The translations under genes were made by a program, and so were the position numbers. Below the pieces are notes generated by a model. It did not search any database. It was not told the origin of the DNA and worked only from the letters and a program-made list of their open reading frames with translations. 64,000 nt of DNA from a virus (lineage: Duplodnaviria > Caudoviricetes). Of the stretch, positions 38,109-47,158 are shown one piece after another (position 1 is the stretch's first letter; the number at the start of each line of letters is the position of its first letter). Where the stretch lies: IMG/VR virus record IMGVR_UViG_3300044259_000036, positions 27,596 to 91,595 of that record; one strand, written 5' to 3'.

Positions 38109-38542
38109 TGCCACACCTTGCTGTCGAACCAGCGGTTGATGTCGAATTTGATGCTTGGCAGGATCTTGGCGTCCTCAAGCACGTTCATCATGGCCTCGGA
38201 AAGGGCCAGGTCCTGGGCGGTGGCCACGGCCGTTCGGACCGGGGCATTCAGGACCTCGACCCGACGAATGCGGGTCCTGTTAAATTTCCGGTTCGCCACC
38301 ACGTTTCGCCAGGACGCCGCCACCTTGTTGATGACGTGGATGTCCGGGTGATGCTCGGTGACGTCCTCCCCGTTGGCCTGGATCAGCCGGACGCCGAACG
38401 GCGCCTCCAGCGTGACGTTCATCAGGCCGGGGTTATTGTGCATCCAGTCAGCCGTACTGCGTGCCTTGGCTTCGTCCTCGAAGTGCTCGATGACGGGGTT
38501 TACGTCGCCGTTGGAACACCATGCTGTCACTCGGTATTTCAC
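38105..38542 (-). CDS. Hypothetical protein
   Basis: GTGA overlap with the upstream stop. Confidence 0.55.
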   Translation of the reverse strand: MKYRVTAWCSNGDVNPVIEHFEDEAKARSTADWMHNNPGLMNVTLEAPFGVRLIQANGEDVTEHHPDIHVINKVAASWRNVVANRKFNRTRIRRVEVLNAPVRTAVATAQDLALSEAMMNVLEDAKILPSIKFDINRWFDSKVWQ

Positions 38543-38961
38543 GCTTCCTGCTCCTGCTTCTGTACACGCCACGCACACACCGGCAGCTTGAGGTCAGGAT
38601 ACTCCGCCCACTCCCACTGCTCGACGCCGGGGCGCAGCGCCTTGAGGGTGACATTGCGAAGGACACTATCGTCCTCCAGCTTCACCTCTACCACTGTCCC
38701 GATTTTCGGGTAGTAGTCGACGTCGAAGTCCTCCTGCGGAAGGGTGTTCCAATGCTCACACATCCCCCGCACCATCTCGACCACAGCGTCGCACTCCCAC
38801 CCTCCCCTGGTGCCCGTGGTCAGGCCTGCGATGATGTTCATCGCGGTCTCGAAGCGATCCTTGCGGACCACCTTTCCGTCCTCGCGGATCTCCAGCTGCT
38901 CCAGCTTGACACCCCTGAATTCAGGGAACCGGAGGTCGTCCTCAGTCACTGCTCGGCTCAT
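38539..38961 (-). CDS. Hypothetical protein
   Basis: aaggag SD; DLRFPEFR...REDGKVVRKDRFE motif. Confidence 0.65.
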   Translation of the reverse strand: MSRAVTEDDLRFPEFRGVKLEQLEIREDGKVVRKDRFETAMNIIAGLTTGTRGGWECDAVVEMVRGMCEHWNTLPQEDFDVDYYPKIGTVVEVKLEDDSVLRNVTLKALRPGVEQWEWAEYPDLKLPVCAWRVQKQEQEA

Positions 38962-38990
38962 AGCCTTCTCCTTCAATCCTTCCGCCCATG

Positions 38991-40892
38991 TCACGCTGCC
39001 ACCTCCAGCCGCTGGGCGATCGCCCACTTCGGCACGTTCGCTTCCACCAGTGCCCGGGCCAGCCCCGGCGGTACCGAGTTGCCGACCATGCGCACCTGGG
39101 CATGCTTGGCCAGCTTCTTGCCCTTCACGGTTTCGTGCTGGTAATCGGCCGGGAAGCCCTGGCAGCGATACAGCTCATGCGGTTCCAGCATGCGCATGCC
39201 GATGTCGACGATCTGGTAGTCCTGGCCCTGGAAGGTGACCAGGCCGAAGCGGGTCTTCGACGTGATGGTGTGCAGCGGCTCGTCCAGGCTCTGGCCGATC
39301 GCGCCGGTGGTGTAATACTTCATCAGGAAGGCCTGGACATTGGCGTAGTGGTTGCCCTGCGCCTGGATGGTGCCAAGCGGTTCGTCCAGGCTCTGGCCGT
39401 GCTGGCAGGTTCCCTTGAGCTTGACCAGGCTGCTGGCCACCAGAGCGGCCTTACCACCGCCGCCGGCGGTGATCGCGCCCAGTGGCTCGTCGGCTGGGTG
39501 GCCCACGCTGTTGCCGAAGTCGCGCTGGATGTGCACGGCCTTGGCTTCCAGTACCGAGTTGTGGTCGGTGGCTGTGATGGTAGGCAGCGGCTTGTCCAGG
39601 GCCTGGCCAACCACGCCGGTGTAGTGCTTGAGCAGCGCTGCGATGTGGATGTGGCGGGCCTTGCTTGTCACAGTGGTCAGTGGTAGGTCCATCGACTGTG
39701 ACGGATCACCGGAGCTTTGGTGGTCGATGGTGGTGATGCAGCCGGCGGAGACCAACGCTTCGTCGAGGTCGTTCACGGGCTGCATGGACACGTCCACCAG
39801 CCCGGTACCGAGCTTGCTGGTGATGGTCTGCAGCGGCTCGTCCAGGCCCTGGCCACGGAACTGGTCGTAGGCGTGGTTCACCTTCACCAGGAAGGCGTCA
39901 TCGCCGGCATTGATCACGAACTTCTCGAGGCCCTTGAAGATTCGAGCCAGGGTCTTCTCGGCCAGCGGCTTCTTGCGGTCGAAGATCGACGGGCATGGGA
40001 TCGAGAAGTCCAGGTTCTCGCCGGCGGTCTTCCACGGATGCAGCTTGCCTTCCTTCACGGCCTTGGACTTCGGATCACCGTGGGTCGGCTCAGGCCAGAC
40101 GATTGGCAGCCCGTCCTTGCGGGCCATCAGGAAGAAGCGGTTGCGGGTGGTCGGGTCGCCGTAGTCGGCGGCGGTCAGGCCTTCCATACGCCACTGCACG
40201 TCGTAGCCGGCCTGCTGCAGGTGCCACAGGAACAGCTTGAAGGTGCGGCCCAGCGGCTGGCCCCACTTGGCGTACTTGCGGCGCTGCTTCCGGCGGTTGG
40301 CAGCCGAGCCGTAGATCTTGCCACGGTCCGGTACCAGCGCCTGCTCGCGGTACGGCACATATTCGCCTGGCTCCGCGACCACCTCGTTCATCACCGGGTC
40401 GCCGTTCTTGTCCTTCTTCACCAAGTCGGCGACCAGCTTGATCACGCGGCCAGTGTCCTTGCAGCGCTTGGCCACCAAGGGACCCCAGGTCGTAAATTCG
40501 GTCACATTTTCCATGAAGAGGATGCCCAGGTCGGACTGGCCGATCCACTTCTTCACGATCCAGGCCAGGCCGCGGATCACCTTCTTCACCGGCTTGCCGC
40601 CCTTGGCCACGCTGAAGTGCGTGCAGTCAGGGCTGAACCAGGCCATCAGCACCGGAGCCCGGCCGGTGGCCTTCTGGATGTTGATTTCCCATACCGACTC
40701 GTTGAAGTGCTGAGTCTCGGGGTGATTTTCTTCGTGCATCATCAGCGCCTCGGCGTTGTGATTCACGGCGATGTCTGGGCTGCGGCCGAGGGCCTGGGCG
40801 ATGCCGGTGGAAGCGCCACCGCCCCCTGCGAAGTTATCCACGATCAGGCCGCCGATCCAGCGGTAGTTGGGGATGATTGCTAATGCTGTCAT
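38991..40892 (-). CDS. C5 cytosine DNA methyltransferase (start may be GTG 40943)
   Basis: FAGGGG, SPDCTHFS, MENV, R.RFF and MVGNSVPP motifs. Confidence 0.93.
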   Translation of the reverse strand: MTALAIIPNYRWIGGLIVDNFAGGGGASTGIAQALGRSPDIAVNHNAEALMMHEENHPETQHFNESVWEINIQKATGRAPVLMAWFSPDCTHFSVAKGGKPVKKVIRGLAWIVKKWIGQSDLGILFMENVTEFTTWGPLVAKRCKDTGRVIKLVADLVKKDKNGDPVMNEVVAEPGEYVPYREQALVPDRGKIYGSAANRRKQRRKYAKWGQPLGRTFKLFLWHLQQAGYDVQWRMEGLTAADYGDPTTRNRFFLMARKDGLPIVWPEPTHGDPKSKAVKEGKLHPWKTAGENLDFSIPCPSIFDRKKPLAEKTLARIFKGLEKFVINAGDDAFLVKVNHAYDQFRGQGLDEPLQTITSKLGTGLVDVSMQPVNDLDEALVSAGCITTIDHQSSGDPSQSMDLPLTTVTSKARHIHIAALLKHYTGVVGQALDKPLPTITATDHNSVLEAKAVHIQRDFGNSVGHPADEPLGAITAGGGGKAALVASSLVKLKGTCQHGQSLDEPLGTIQAQGNHYANVQAFLMKYYTTGAIGQSLDEPLHTITSKTRFGLVTFQGQDYQIVDIGMRMLEPHELYRCQGFPADYQHETVKGKKLAKHAQVRMVGNSVPPGLARALVEANVPKWAIAQRLEVAA

Positions 40893-40989
40893 TTTGTGGG
40901 GTCCGGGTGAGTTGGAGATGTCCGATTGCTGCATCGCAGGCACGGGGATACCTCGCCAGATGGCGAAGTATCTCCAGATCGGTGGGAAA

Positions 40990-41529
40990 TTACCAGTTGT
41001 AGCTGGTGAGGTCGTCGATGGTGGGCACCGTCGAGTCAATGCGAACCCAGTCGTAGCCCTTCGCCGCGGCCCATTCGGCCACTTCGCGGATGCTTTGCGG
41101 GATCAGCGCTACGTCGTCGTGATCGAGGAGAACACGGAAGAAGTAGCCTGCGTCGTAGGGTGCCAGGATGATTGGCCCGCGCCGTCCGTCCCAGGTCTGC
41201 AGCCACTGATCGGCGTCTTCGCTAATGTGGTTGGTACTGAGCACCGGTACCACCTGTCGCTCGAAGCTAGGCTTAGGTGGCGGTGGTGGCTTCGATTCGT
41301 CTAACGCCGGGTGAATACGCCACTTGTACTCACAGCCGCCGGTACGCACCGAACTGAACTGGTCGTGGCCTTCCATGAACAAGGCCGGGATCGAGTGCTC
41401 GGCGGTGGCCACGCTGCCCTCGCCCACCTTCACCTTGTAGAATCCGTGCGGTACCGGCACCGGGGTGCCGATGATGTTCATGCGCTTGCCGTCGATGTAC
41501 AGGTGGTCCTGATTTTTCAGCGTCTTCAT
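40990..41529 (-). CDS. Hypothetical protein
   Basis: Two domains separated by a PPPPP linker; C-terminal LSTNHI...GYDWVRIDS. Confidence 0.65.
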   Translation of the reverse strand: MKTLKNQDHLYIDGKRMNIIGTPVPVPHGFYKVKVGEGSVATAEHSIPALFMEGHDQFSSVRTGGCEYKWRIHPALDESKPPPPPKPSFERQVVPVLSTNHISEDADQWLQTWDGRRGPIILAPYDAGYFFRVLLDHDDVALIPQSIREVAEWAAAKGYDWVRIDSTVPTIDDLTSYNW

Positions 41530-41753
41530 TCGTCTTCGTCCTCTTCTTCCTCGTCGACGCGCTCAATGGTGACGCGGCCGCACTTGTTGCCGTTGATGTC
41601 GTTCAGGCGGAAACCGTCGCCGTCGCTGCCGAAGTCACCGTTCTCGATGCGCTTCGCAGCCTCCCGCAAAATGCGGGCGATCTCGGTGGCCGGTGAGTCC
41701 TCGAAGGCCGCATTCCCGTTGGTTTCCAGGGTGACGCTGATGCGCTCGCTCAT
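41526..41753 (-). CDS. Hypothetical protein
   Basis: gagga SD; NAAFED...EIARILR...LNDINGNKCG; acidic tail. Confidence 0.7.
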   Translation of the reverse strand: MSERISVTLETNGNAAFEDSPATEIARILREAAKRIENGDFGSDGDGFRLNDINGNKCGRVTIERVDEEEEDEDE

Positions 41754-41754
41754 T

Positions 41755-41878
41755 GCGTAAGTCCTCAATTAAGTGCGTATGTACTTGCGTACTTACGGAT
41801 TTACGCACCTACGTATTTACGTAAATACGTGAGTGCGAAGTTACTTTGACACGTATGTGCTTATGTACTTAACTACGT
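41755..41878. repeat. parC/parH-like centromere-operator: 31 phased tetramers overlapping the parA promoter
   Basis: gcgt aagt cctc aatt aagt gcgt atgt actt gcgt actt acgg attt acgc acct acgt attt acgt aaat acgt gagt gcga agtt actt tgac acgt atgt gctt atgt actt aact acgt; TTGACA at 41846-41851. Confidence 0.85.
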
Positions 41879-41907
41879 AGTTCCACGGTCCGAATCTGGT
41901 AACCACC

Positions 41908-42594
41908 ATGAAAGTATTAGTCATCACCGCGCAGAAGGGCGGCGTCGGCAAGACCACCCACTGCGGCCACCTTGCCGTCGAGCTGACCCTACGCGGGAAG
42001 CGCGTCGTCATCGTCGACACCGACCCCCACGCCGGCCTCACCGAATGGTGGGACGATCGCAAGGCTGAGGACATTCAGCTGCTCAACCTCGAATTCAAAC
42101 ACCTGGCAGCCGGCCTCAAGCGCCTGGCTGCCGAGGGCGTCGACTACGTGATCATCGACACCCCTGGCGTGGCCAGCAAAGCGGTCAAGGTCCTGATCCA
42201 GTACGCCGACCTGGTGATCGTTCCCACCAAGGCCAGCCGCCATGACCTTCGCGGCATCCGCAAGACCCTGGAGCTGATGGAATCCGAGGGCGAGCCGATC
42301 GAGAAGCCCATGATCTTCGTGCTGAACGAGGTCCGACCCCGCACCAAGCTGGAGACCCAGGCCATCATGGCCATCGGTCAGTACGGCAAGATGGCCCCTG
42401 TGGTGCACTCGCTGAACGAATTCGTCAGCAGCATGAACGACGGCCGGGCCTGCGTCGAAACCGCACCCAAGAGCAAGGCAGCTGACCAGACTCGAGCCCT
42501 GGCTGACTACGTGCTCAAGCAGGTGGGCGACTTCCCGCGTCCTCAACCACGTAAGCAACCACGCACTTACGTAGGCACGGAGGTCGCTGAATGA
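41908..42594 (+). CDS. parA: Type Ib partition ATPase (ParA/ParF)
   Basis: QKGGVGKTT, VDTDP and IIDTPG motifs; short, no N-terminal HTH. Confidence 0.95.
   Translation: MKVLVITAQKGGVGKTTHCGHLAVELTLRGKRVVIVDTDPHAGLTEWWDDRKAEDIQLLNLEFKHLAAGLKRLAAEGVDYVIIDTPGVASKAVKVLIQYADLVIVPTKASRHDLRGIRKTLELMESEGEPIEKPMIFVLNEVRPRTKLETQAIMAIGQYGKMAPVVHSLNEFVSSMNDGRACVETAPKSKAADQTRALADYVLKQVGDFPRPQPRKQPRTYVGTEVAE
42545..42584. repeat. 4-bp phased array in the parA 3' end / partner RBS
   Basis: aacc acgt aagc aacc acgc actt acgt aggc acgg aggt. Confidence 0.7.
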
Positions 42595-42875
42595 ACGCCA
42601 CCTCCAAGTCGTCGGACCTGCCACCCTCGATCCTCACAGCCAAGTCTCGCACCGCGGCTACCGTGCTGCCTGACGACGCCGAACTGGAGGCACAGAACGA
42701 GCCTGTCGCTGCACCTGCAGAGGTCGGCGGCACCAAGGCGCTGACCGTCAAGGTCGACATGCCGCGCTACAAGCGGATGCAGATGGCCAGGATCAAGCGC
42801 GACAAGACCACTCAGACCATCCTCAGCGAGGCCCTGGACCTGTGGTTCAAGAAGTACGATCGCCCAGCCCCTTGA
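42591..42875 (+). CDS. ParG-like ribbon-helix-helix centromere-binding protein
   Basis: Flexible N-terminus and C-terminal KALTVKVD...YKRMQ...TTQTILSEALDLWF; ATGA-coupled to parA. Confidence 0.82.
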   Translation: MNATSKSSDLPPSILTAKSRTAATVLPDDAELEAQNEPVAAPAEVGGTKALTVKVDMPRYKRMQMARIKRDKTTQTILSEALDLWFKKYDRPAP

Positions 42876-44256
42876 GCACCCGCTCTGCCTGAGCTACGGC
42901 CTGTTCCTTATCCGGGAACTGGCCGTACTCCGCACCATCTGCACCGCTAACGAAATGCACCCTCCTCGCATGCTCATGGTCGTATGGGATCAGGCATGAA
43001 TAGGCGCTGATCCCCTCCTTGTCCAGGTGCACCACCCTTGGCGCCTCCATGGCCGCACCTGAGCTGATCTTCACCATCTCGTATCTGTCACGCATATCGC
43101 TCACCTTCGATGGCTGATTGTTGCTTGAAAAGCAAAGATCAAAAGCTGGCCCCTGCGGGGCTGTTATCTGATGGACACCATGCTTAACATCCCGGATGTT
43201 GGTTACCGAGGCCCCTGTAGGGGCTTCTTTGACGACATGGGGATGCGCTGCCACGGTCTGCCTGGTGATGCCGGCGATCAGTGCGATCGCAGCCTGGGTC
43301 AGCCGCTTGCCTTGGGCGCGCAGCGACGCACAGGCAGCGCGGATCTTTGACTCCGTGGCCTTGTGTCGGACTTCGTGGGTTCGCTTCGCTGCGAGGCGCT
43401 GCCGCGTCTGCAGGGGCAAGGACTTGTCCAGCTCCATCGCGCCCCTGTGGCATTTGCCGCCGCCCTTGTACTTGGCCCAGGTCCACCTGGCCACCGAGCG
43501 CACCGTGGCGCGCACCGAGGACAGGGGCAGGTTCTGTGCCGTGCGGAATTTGTGGAAGTGGTTGCTGTTGTGGGCGAACGCCTCCAACCGGCTGAAGAAC
43601 CGCTCGTAGGAGCGGGCAGCGCGCATCTCGTTGACGATGCTGTAGGCGTAGAACCTCAGCTTCTCGAACAGGGTGCAGTGGCGGGAGTGGCTGACGCTTT
43701 CCAGGTCCGGCGATTTGCGCCACGACACGGCGTCCAGCTCGACGTAGTCGGCCAGCTCGCCCAGCTCATGCACCCTGTTGTGCAGCTCCGTCGTCTGCCA
43801 CCACGGGTGCCCGGGCGTCTTGGCCACCGGCCCGCTGCTATACGCCTGGTCGGAATCCAGGCGCGCGGCGAAGGCGGCGTACACCGCTCGCATGTAGAAG
43901 ATCGGATGTGACCGGGCATTCTCCGTGGTGCACACGGGCACGATCGCATAGTAGAGATGCGAGTGTCCGTTCGTCCGATTTCTTACAATGAAATTTGGCG
44001 CCGGTAAACCAGCGTCCTCCCACGCCCATGCGTTCTCATGGTCGAGGTCGAATATGAGCCAGGAGACGAAGCCCTGGCGGTTGATCTGCATGTACGGCCA
44101 ACGGATCGCATAGTCCCGCGGCAGAGTGCGCGCAGCGGTTTTGTCCTCACTACAACGGGGCAGGTACGGCGCCTCTGTCAGCAGCCGGTTGAATGCCGTG
44201 CCGGCCTCGAAAAATCGCGAGGTCGGGGTGTAGGCCATGCCCGTGGGTCGTTCCAT
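42847..44256 (-). CDS. repA: Plasmid replication initiator, ColE2/pPT23A-type primase Rep (Replicase-PriCT-HTH)
   Basis: LIFDLDH, PAPNF, NGHSHLYY, KTP.HP.W, SRHCTLFE, SVARWTW, then an HTH (TQAAIALIAGITRQTV). Confidence 0.92.
   Translation of the reverse strand: MERPTGMAYTPTSRFFEAGTAFNRLLTEAPYLPRCSEDKTAARTLPRDYAIRWPYMQINRQGFVSWLIFDLDHENAWAWEDAGLPAPNFIVRNRTNGHSHLYYAIVPVCTTENARSHPIFYMRAVYAAFAARLDSDQAYSSGPVAKTPGHPWWQTTELHNRVHELGELADYVELDAVSWRKSPDLESVSHSRHCTLFEKLRFYAYSIVNEMRAARSYERFFSRLEAFAHNSNHFHKFRTAQNLPLSSVRATVRSVARWTWAKYKGGGKCHRGAMELDKSLPLQTRQRLAAKRTHEVRHKATESKIRAACASLRAQGKRLTQAAIALIAGITRQTVAAHPHVVKEAPTGASVTNIRDVKHGVHQITAPQGPAFDLCFSSNNQPSKVSDMRDRYEMVKISSGAAMEAPRVVHLDKEGISAYSCLIPYDHEHARRVHFVSGADGAEYGQFPDKEQAVAQAERVLKGLGDRTS
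43155..43195 (-). other. Putative ColE2-type replication origin inside repA
   Basis: The - strand reads ...GTCCATCAGATAACAGCCCC, matching the ColE2 origin core ATCAGATAACAGC as recalled from memory. Confidence 0.65.
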
Positions 44257-44303
44257 GAGGTCGCTGCCATGCGGTCAGCTGACATGAATTTCATGTTTCA
44301 GGC

Positions 44304-44332
44304 TTGCAGGAAGCCACCATGAAAGCCATACT
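44304..44332 (+). promoter_or_regulatory. Promoter for antisense RNA
   Basis: TTGCAG-17 nt-CATACT. Confidence 0.7.
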
Positions 44333-44338
44333 CAGCTC

Positions 44339-44436
44339 ACGTTTTGTGGGAAGTAATCAGATCGGCACCGTGGAAGGGATAGACCTGATTACTTACTGTT
44401 CGACCAAAAAGCCCGGTTCCCGCCGGGCTTTTTGGT
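44339..44436 (+). ncRNA. Putative antisense copy-control RNA (RNAI-like, about 95-100 nt)
   Basis: Lies between the promoter above and the terminator accaaaaagcccgg-ttcccg-ccgggctttttggt; internal hairpin aagtaatcag...ctgattactt; complementary to the repA leader. Confidence 0.65.
44403..44436. terminator. Bidirectional terminator / attenuator in the repA leader
   Basis: 14-bp perfect inverted repeat with a T5 tract on both strands. Confidence 0.8.
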
Positions 44437-44478
44437 TTCTGTCGTTCTGTTACTTCACTTCAAAACTCCCATCCACTG

Positions 44479-44525
44479 TGTGGATAAACAGTCGCGCATT
44501 GTAGGGCGGTTGGATCCAAGTGCAA
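44479..44525 (-). promoter_or_regulatory. repA promoter with downstream DnaA box
   Basis: On -: TTGCAC-16 nt-TACAAT (44525-44498); perfect DnaA box TTATCCACA at 44487-44479. Confidence 0.65.
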
Positions 44526-44590
44526 GCGATATTCGTGTGGTTATAGCCACTTAGCGTAAGCGGTAGACGACCGGTAAGCAAATCGGCTGG

Positions 44591-44992
44591 CTACGTCCCA
44601 AGATAATAGTAGATCTCGCCGTCTGTACCCTTGAACATGCGCCCGCCGCAGGTGCCTTTTTCGGCCAGCTTCTCGTAGGCGTCCCAGTCCCAGTCGCTTG
44701 GGTCCAGGCCTGGTGCCTCCTTGATGTCGCCGGAGATCATCTGTATCAGCAGCGCGTTGCATTCCTGAACCGTCCACCCGTCGATTTCTTCGTCGCTCCA
44801 GGCGCCGAAGCCACGGGCGTGGTCGCGCAGCGCTTCGACCTTGGCCGAGGTGTCGAGCATCAGGTGCTCGTCGACGGCTTCCTTCGCTGCGTTCCAGGTG
44901 ATGGTGCCGGCCTCCTCGCCCTTCTCGGCGCGGGAGGCCGAGAAGTCGTGAGGGTTGGCCTCGTTGAAGAACTTGGTGATGTTGATTTCCAT
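44591..44992 (-). CDS. Hypothetical protein (acidic)
   Basis: gaagg SD; last gene of the right-hand leftward array. Confidence 0.7.
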   Translation of the reverse strand: MEINITKFFNEANPHDFSASRAEKGEEAGTITWNAAKEAVDEHLMLDTSAKVEALRDHARGFGAWSDEEIDGWTVQECNALLIQMISGDIKEAPGLDPSDWDWDAYEKLAEKGTCGGRMFKGTDGEIYYYLGT

Positions 44993-44994
44993 GG

Positions 44995-45549
44995 TCACAC
45001 CTTCGTGACGATGAAGAACGTCATGCTGAGGTCGTTCGGTGCCAGGTAGGCCTCCGGGATCGCCCCGCTCATGTACCACTCGCCCTTCTTCGGGCAGCGT
45101 TGCGGCTGGCCGTCCCAGCGGAACTTGCGGCCGGCAGCTTCCTCCTGCTCGCGCTCGCAGTCGGCGGCCGGGATTGGGGTGTAGCCGATACGTGGTTTCA
45201 CGGTTTCATCCTCGTTCTGTGCCCAGGTTACCTGCAGGACGTATGCAAGGACCTCGCTGGGGAATTTGTTGGTGCCGAAGGAGACGATCGCTGCATCGTC
45301 GCAGTGGCGCAGGGCCTTGATGACCAATGCGGTCATCTTGGCGTGGGTTTTGTGGTCGACGTGGGTGCGCGGCAGATGCGCGCCCAGCGGGTCCAGGGCC
45401 AGGCGGCTGCTGAAGACATCGTGCGCCTCCTTCCAGCTATTCAGCGTGGCGTCGACGATGTCGTAGGCGCAATTGTAGATCAGGGTGTTCTCCCCTCCCG
45501 GCCATTTGCCGACGGAGGGGTTCAGGTGGCGGAGCTGTTGCAGGTACAT
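44995..45549 (-). CDS. Hypothetical protein
   Basis: ggagga SD; tight packing. Confidence 0.65.
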   Translation of the reverse strand: MYLQQLRHLNPSVGKWPGGENTLIYNCAYDIVDATLNSWKEAHDVFSSRLALDPLGAHLPRTHVDHKTHAKMTALVIKALRHCDDAAIVSFGTNKFPSEVLAYVLQVTWAQNEDETVKPRIGYTPIPAADCEREQEEAAGRKFRWDGQPQRCPKKGEWYMSGAIPEAYLAPNDLSMTFFIVTKV

Positions 45550-45551
45550 GG

Positions 45552-46892
45552 TCAGTCCTCCGGTTGGTCCAGCCAATGGTCGAGCACCGCCCGCACGTTC
45601 TCTATGCGGATGCGGATCGGGTCAAGATCCGTGTTGAGTACATCGGATTCCAGACGCTCCAGCAGCAGGGCCATGGCCAAGTCGTAGCCTTCCAGGTCGC
45701 CTTGCGCGTCGATCTCGCAGCGTTCGGCCAGCCACTGGATTGCGCCGGCCAAGTTGTGCCGGCTGACCATTTTGAATTCGTGGCTCTTGCTGTACTCGAA
45801 CACCCGGTGCTCACCGGTCAGAATCGTCGTGGCGATGCGGGCTGTGAACGCCATGGACAGCCGCGCTGCCGCATAGTCCAGGTGGTCATCGGGGGAGTCA
45901 TTCCCGTCTCCCAGTTCGCACTCCCAATACGGGGAGATCGTTACCGGGCTGCCGGTAGGCACGTCGTGGTGGCTCAGGCGGCAGCGCATCTCGGCGTTGC
46001 CGTCCTGATAGCAGCGCAGCTGGCCACCGCTGACGGTGAAGTCGCTGTTGACCTTGATCTTGTCGGCCAGCTCTTTGCCGTCCAGCGGGCACTCTGCCCA
46101 GGCATCGCGGCCGCGCCAGTCGGCGTGGCCCACCTCGATGCGCAGGCCGTCTGGTTTCGGCATGCCGCTGGCCTGCAGGTGCTTGGTCAGCTCGGTCACC
46201 AGGTGCTCGAGGTGGTCCTGGTAGTTCTCCCAGATTTCCCGGCCGTCCTGGTCGTCGTAGGCGGCGTCGGGCAGGTCCTCCGCAGGGCTTACCTTGACTC
46301 GGGTGACCGCATCACATTGGTCACAGCGACAGTACGGCCCACTCAGGTGGGTAAATCCGCCCAGGTCGTGCTCGTTCTCCTTGAGGAAGGCCGCGGGTGT
46401 GTCGTCGCCCATCTGCTCTCGGACGTGTACCTCATGACCGCAGGAGGCGCACCCGACGGTGGTCCAGTATTCCCGCTCACTTTCACCATCGTCGTCGTTG
46501 TAGCTGAAAGTCCCACGAACGATCGACTTGACCTGGTCGCCCTCGAAGTAGAACTGGTCGAGGAAGCCTTCGACCGGGAGCGGGATCATCGCGGTGCAGC
46601 CGAACGCCCTGGCCATGCGCTGGCCCAGTTCGCGGCTGAGAGGCTTGTGACGCTGCGACCAGGTGAGGTGCCGCCAGAAGTGGCGGCCGGCAGCCAGGTT
46701 GGCCTTGCCCTTCGCGGCATCGAGGAGGGCGCGGTAGAGGATGGCCGGATGCTTGCCTACCACCTGCAGGCGGTGGAACTCGGTCAGGCTAACCTTGTAG
46801 AAGTTCAGGAACTGGGGAAGCGCCCACCATTGGCACTCAGGTTGGTTGATGTAGCGAGCTGCGGTGAGCTTGCAAGGTCTTGAGTTGCCCAT
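45552..46892 (-). CDS. Hypothetical protein with central C4 cluster
   Basis: 446 aa; CASC...CDQC; gagga SD. Confidence 0.75.
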   Translation of the reverse strand: MGNSRPCKLTAARYINQPECQWWALPQFLNFYKVSLTEFHRLQVVGKHPAILYRALLDAAKGKANLAAGRHFWRHLTWSQRHKPLSRELGQRMARAFGCTAMIPLPVEGFLDQFYFEGDQVKSIVRGTFSYNDDDGESEREYWTTVGCASCGHEVHVREQMGDDTPAAFLKENEHDLGGFTHLSGPYCRCDQCDAVTRVKVSPAEDLPDAAYDDQDGREIWENYQDHLEHLVTELTKHLQASGMPKPDGLRIEVGHADWRGRDAWAECPLDGKELADKIKVNSDFTVSGGQLRCYQDGNAEMRCRLSHHDVPTGSPVTISPYWECELGDGNDSPDDHLDYAAARLSMAFTARIATTILTGEHRVFEYSKSHEFKMVSRHNLAGAIQWLAERCEIDAQGDLEGYDLAMALLLERLESDVLNTDLDPIRIRIENVRAVLDHWLDQPED

Positions 46893-46954
46893 CGGGTCAG
46901 TCCTCGGTAGTTGGTGTTACTTGGGTTGGTATCGTTCTGCTAGTGCGATGTTCA

Positions 46955-47155
46955 TCACATGTACTCTCCCGCCTCCTCATGCTGGCTTGCGTCCAGGTTG
47001 ATACCTTCGCGCATGCGGAAGTAGGTGTATCCCCTTTTAGTTCGACGGGTGTTCCGTAGCTTCAGCAGGTCGGGGTTCTGTTCCCCGCCGCTGAACTCCC
47101 AGTCGGTCTTGGAGATCTTCAGGTAGACGTGTCCGTTGTAATTGATCCTGGTCAT
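46955..47155 (-). CDS. Hypothetical protein
   Basis: Coupled small ORF. Confidence 0.55.
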   Translation of the reverse strand: MTRINYNGHVYLKISKTDWEFSGGEQNPDLLKLRNTRRTKRGYTYFRMREGINLDASQHEEAGEYM

Positions 47156-47158
47156 GCA

